A DNA stretch of 39,262 nt. Source: Sulfurimonadaceae bacterium. Lineage in GTDB: Bacteria > Campylobacterota > Campylobacteria > Campylobacterales > Sulfurimonadaceae. The stretch's first letter is position 1. Every line of letters begins with the position of its first letter. This document shows positions 37,811 to 39,262 of this stretch, one piece after another. The notes below the pieces were generated by a model that did no database searches, had not been told where the DNA came from, and saw only the letters and a list, made by a program, of their open reading frames with translations. The stretch lies in assembly GCA_041548245.1 (NCBI GenBank), contig JBFESZ010000010.1:1-39262 (forward strand). The letters run 5' to 3'. Position numbers and translations under genes: made by a program.

Positions 37811-39200
37811 TATCAGCTGCCTTTTTTGGTATGGAGATGTTAAAGCAAACACCATCTTCAATGTTCTTTACTTTAATCCTTCCTTTTAAGTGTTTTTCAA
37901 TAATAGTCTTACTCATATGCAAGCCCAATCCTGTCCCGTTCTTTTGATCTTTGGTTGAAAAGTAAGGATCAAAAATTTTCACCTTGATATCTTCCGGGAT
38001 GTTCAATCCCTTATTGCAGATCGAGATGTATATGTTGTCCACATCTTCATAGGTTCGGACATTGATCTTCGGATCTGCAATTTTGGCATCCATTATCGCT
38101 TCTTTTGCATTATTGACTATATTGATGATGACTTGCAGCAGTTCTCTTGAGAAAAGTAACACTGGCGTAGTCGATTCATATTTTTTCTCCACAATTATAT
38201 TATGATTTTCCAGACTTTTGCCCACAACTTGAAAATTTTCCTCTATGATATCGTTGACTATGGCCAACTCTTTTTTCTTGTTCGGACTGAAAAAGTTTCT
38301 AAAATCATCTATTGTCTTGGAGAGATGTTCCGTCTGCTCCAATATTTTGGCAGCAATCGCATCACAGCTTTCTGTATCGAGTTTTGAGAGTAGACTATTG
38401 AGTTGCAGATTGTTCGCGCTCATCGCGATGACCGTGATCGGTTGACGCCACTGATGTGCGATCATCGATATCATCTCTCCCATAGCCGCGTGTCGAGACT
38501 GTGTTATCAACATCTCCTCTTTTTCCATGACACTGTCAATCATGCTGTTCAATCCCTTGGCCAATTCACCGACTTCATCATTGTTCTGGATCATTACCTT
38601 ATGCGTATAATCATTCTCAGATGTAAAATAGACCACATCCAAAATAGACTTAAGCGGTGATATGATCAGCCTGTCAAGCACCAGATAAATCAGTAGACTT
38701 AAGAGTATAACCAAGACACCAAAAGCAAATATTTGAGTCAAGAGGTTCTTCCATAGAACCTCATTTAAGTACTTATCACTGACATGAAGATAGATATATC
38801 CGATCTTTTCTCCATCGCGTATCACCTGTTCATACTTGGTAATAAACGCGTCTACGCCGTGGAGTGATTGCACATCCTTAATAGCATCTTTCTTATCGCG
38901 TGTTTTCGCGACCAGAAGAGCACCGTCACCTTCGATCAAGATTGAGCAGACATCTTTATCCAGCATTTCTGTCATAGCTATCTCATCAACCCAGGTAGAA
39001 TCTATCTCCCATAATGGAACGATTAGATTATTGGCAAGCCTTTTAATCTTTCTATCAGCCTTACTGACAAGCTCTTGAGTCAGCTGGTCTTTTTTTTGAT
39101 GATAGTCATAGATTAAAAACAGTCCAGAGATAATCGCTGTACTGATCATGATGTCAAAGATTATTTTAAATCTGATGCTGATATTTTTACGATATAGCAT
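37803..39200 (-). CDS. Membrane sensor histidine kinase with a HAMP domain
   Basis: Two TMs flanking a periplasmic domain; HAMP (NDEVGELA); MIAHQWRQP H-box, NIVNNA, IFDPYFSTK, GTGLGL. Confidence 0.93.
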   Translation of the reverse strand: MLYRKNISIRFKIIFDIMISTAIISGLFLIYDYHQKKDQLTQELVSKADRKIKRLANNLIVPLWEIDSTWVDEIAMTEMLDKDVCSILIEGDGALLVAKTRDKKDAIKDVQSLHGVDAFITKYEQVIRDGEKIGYIYLHVSDKYLNEVLWKNLLTQIFAFGVLVILLSLLIYLVLDRLIISPLKSILDVVYFTSENDYTHKVMIQNNDEVGELAKGLNSMIDSVMEKEEMLITQSRHAAMGEMISMIAHQWRQPITVIAMSANNLQLNSLLSKLDTESCDAIAAKILEQTEHLSKTIDDFRNFFSPNKKKELAIVNDIIEENFQVVGKSLENHNIIVEKKYESTTPVLLFSRELLQVIINIVNNAKEAIMDAKIADPKINVRTYEDVDNIYISICNKGLNIPEDIKVKIFDPYFSTKDQKNGTGLGLHMSKTIIEKHLKGRIKVKNIEDGVCFNISIPKKAADNE

Positions 39201-39262
39201 ATCATTTATCCTCTCTGTTATAGATCATATTATACATTTTCAATATATAAAACCACTCCTCA

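Noticed and set aside
1..39262. tRNA, rRNA, CRISPR array, IS element, prophage, selenocysteine read-through or frameshifted genes
   Set aside because: None seen by eye: intergenic gaps are at most about 220 bp, there are no repeat-spacer arrays or transposase/integrase motifs, and recognised proteins look full length. A covariance-model scan (Rfam, tRNAscan) would be needed to exclude small RNAs.

Overview
AT-rich, gene-dense chromosomal core region of a Campylobacterota (Epsilonproteobacteria) bacterium, most like the sulfur-oxidising Sulfurovum/Sulfurimonas group. This placement is inferred from the HQWRQP histidine-kinase H-box, the adk-aspS / nadK-recN-tatD-mltD-rlpA-kdsC-lptC-lptA-yihA-mrdA gene order and a type VI SqrF. 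About 50 CDS: envelope and peptidoglycan genes, tRNA and translation genes (queC, aspS, glyS, ybeY, rpsU, MnmC-like oxidase), DNA repair (recN, recQ, GIY-YIG), a Tat-exported GMC dehydrogenase pair, redox genes (stand-alone ferredoxin:thioredoxin reductase catalytic chain, CPRC thioredoxin-like protein, SqrF, class II SOR-like protein) and a two-component pair. I found no rRNA, tRNA, CRISPR array, transposase, integrase or phage gene. No complete novel system is demonstrable from the sequence alone. Best leads: a divergent orphan pair with a coiled-coil plus ribbon-helix-helix protein and a candidate operator (36697-37378); a possible ferredoxin-driven thioredoxin system; a Sel1-OMPLA fusion operon ending in a stand-alone topoisomerase-type zinc-ribbon protein; a 61-aa membrane microprotein between recN and tatD; and a 24-bp promoter-like motif shared by two loci 20 kb apart. 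All product calls come from motif recognition, not database searches.
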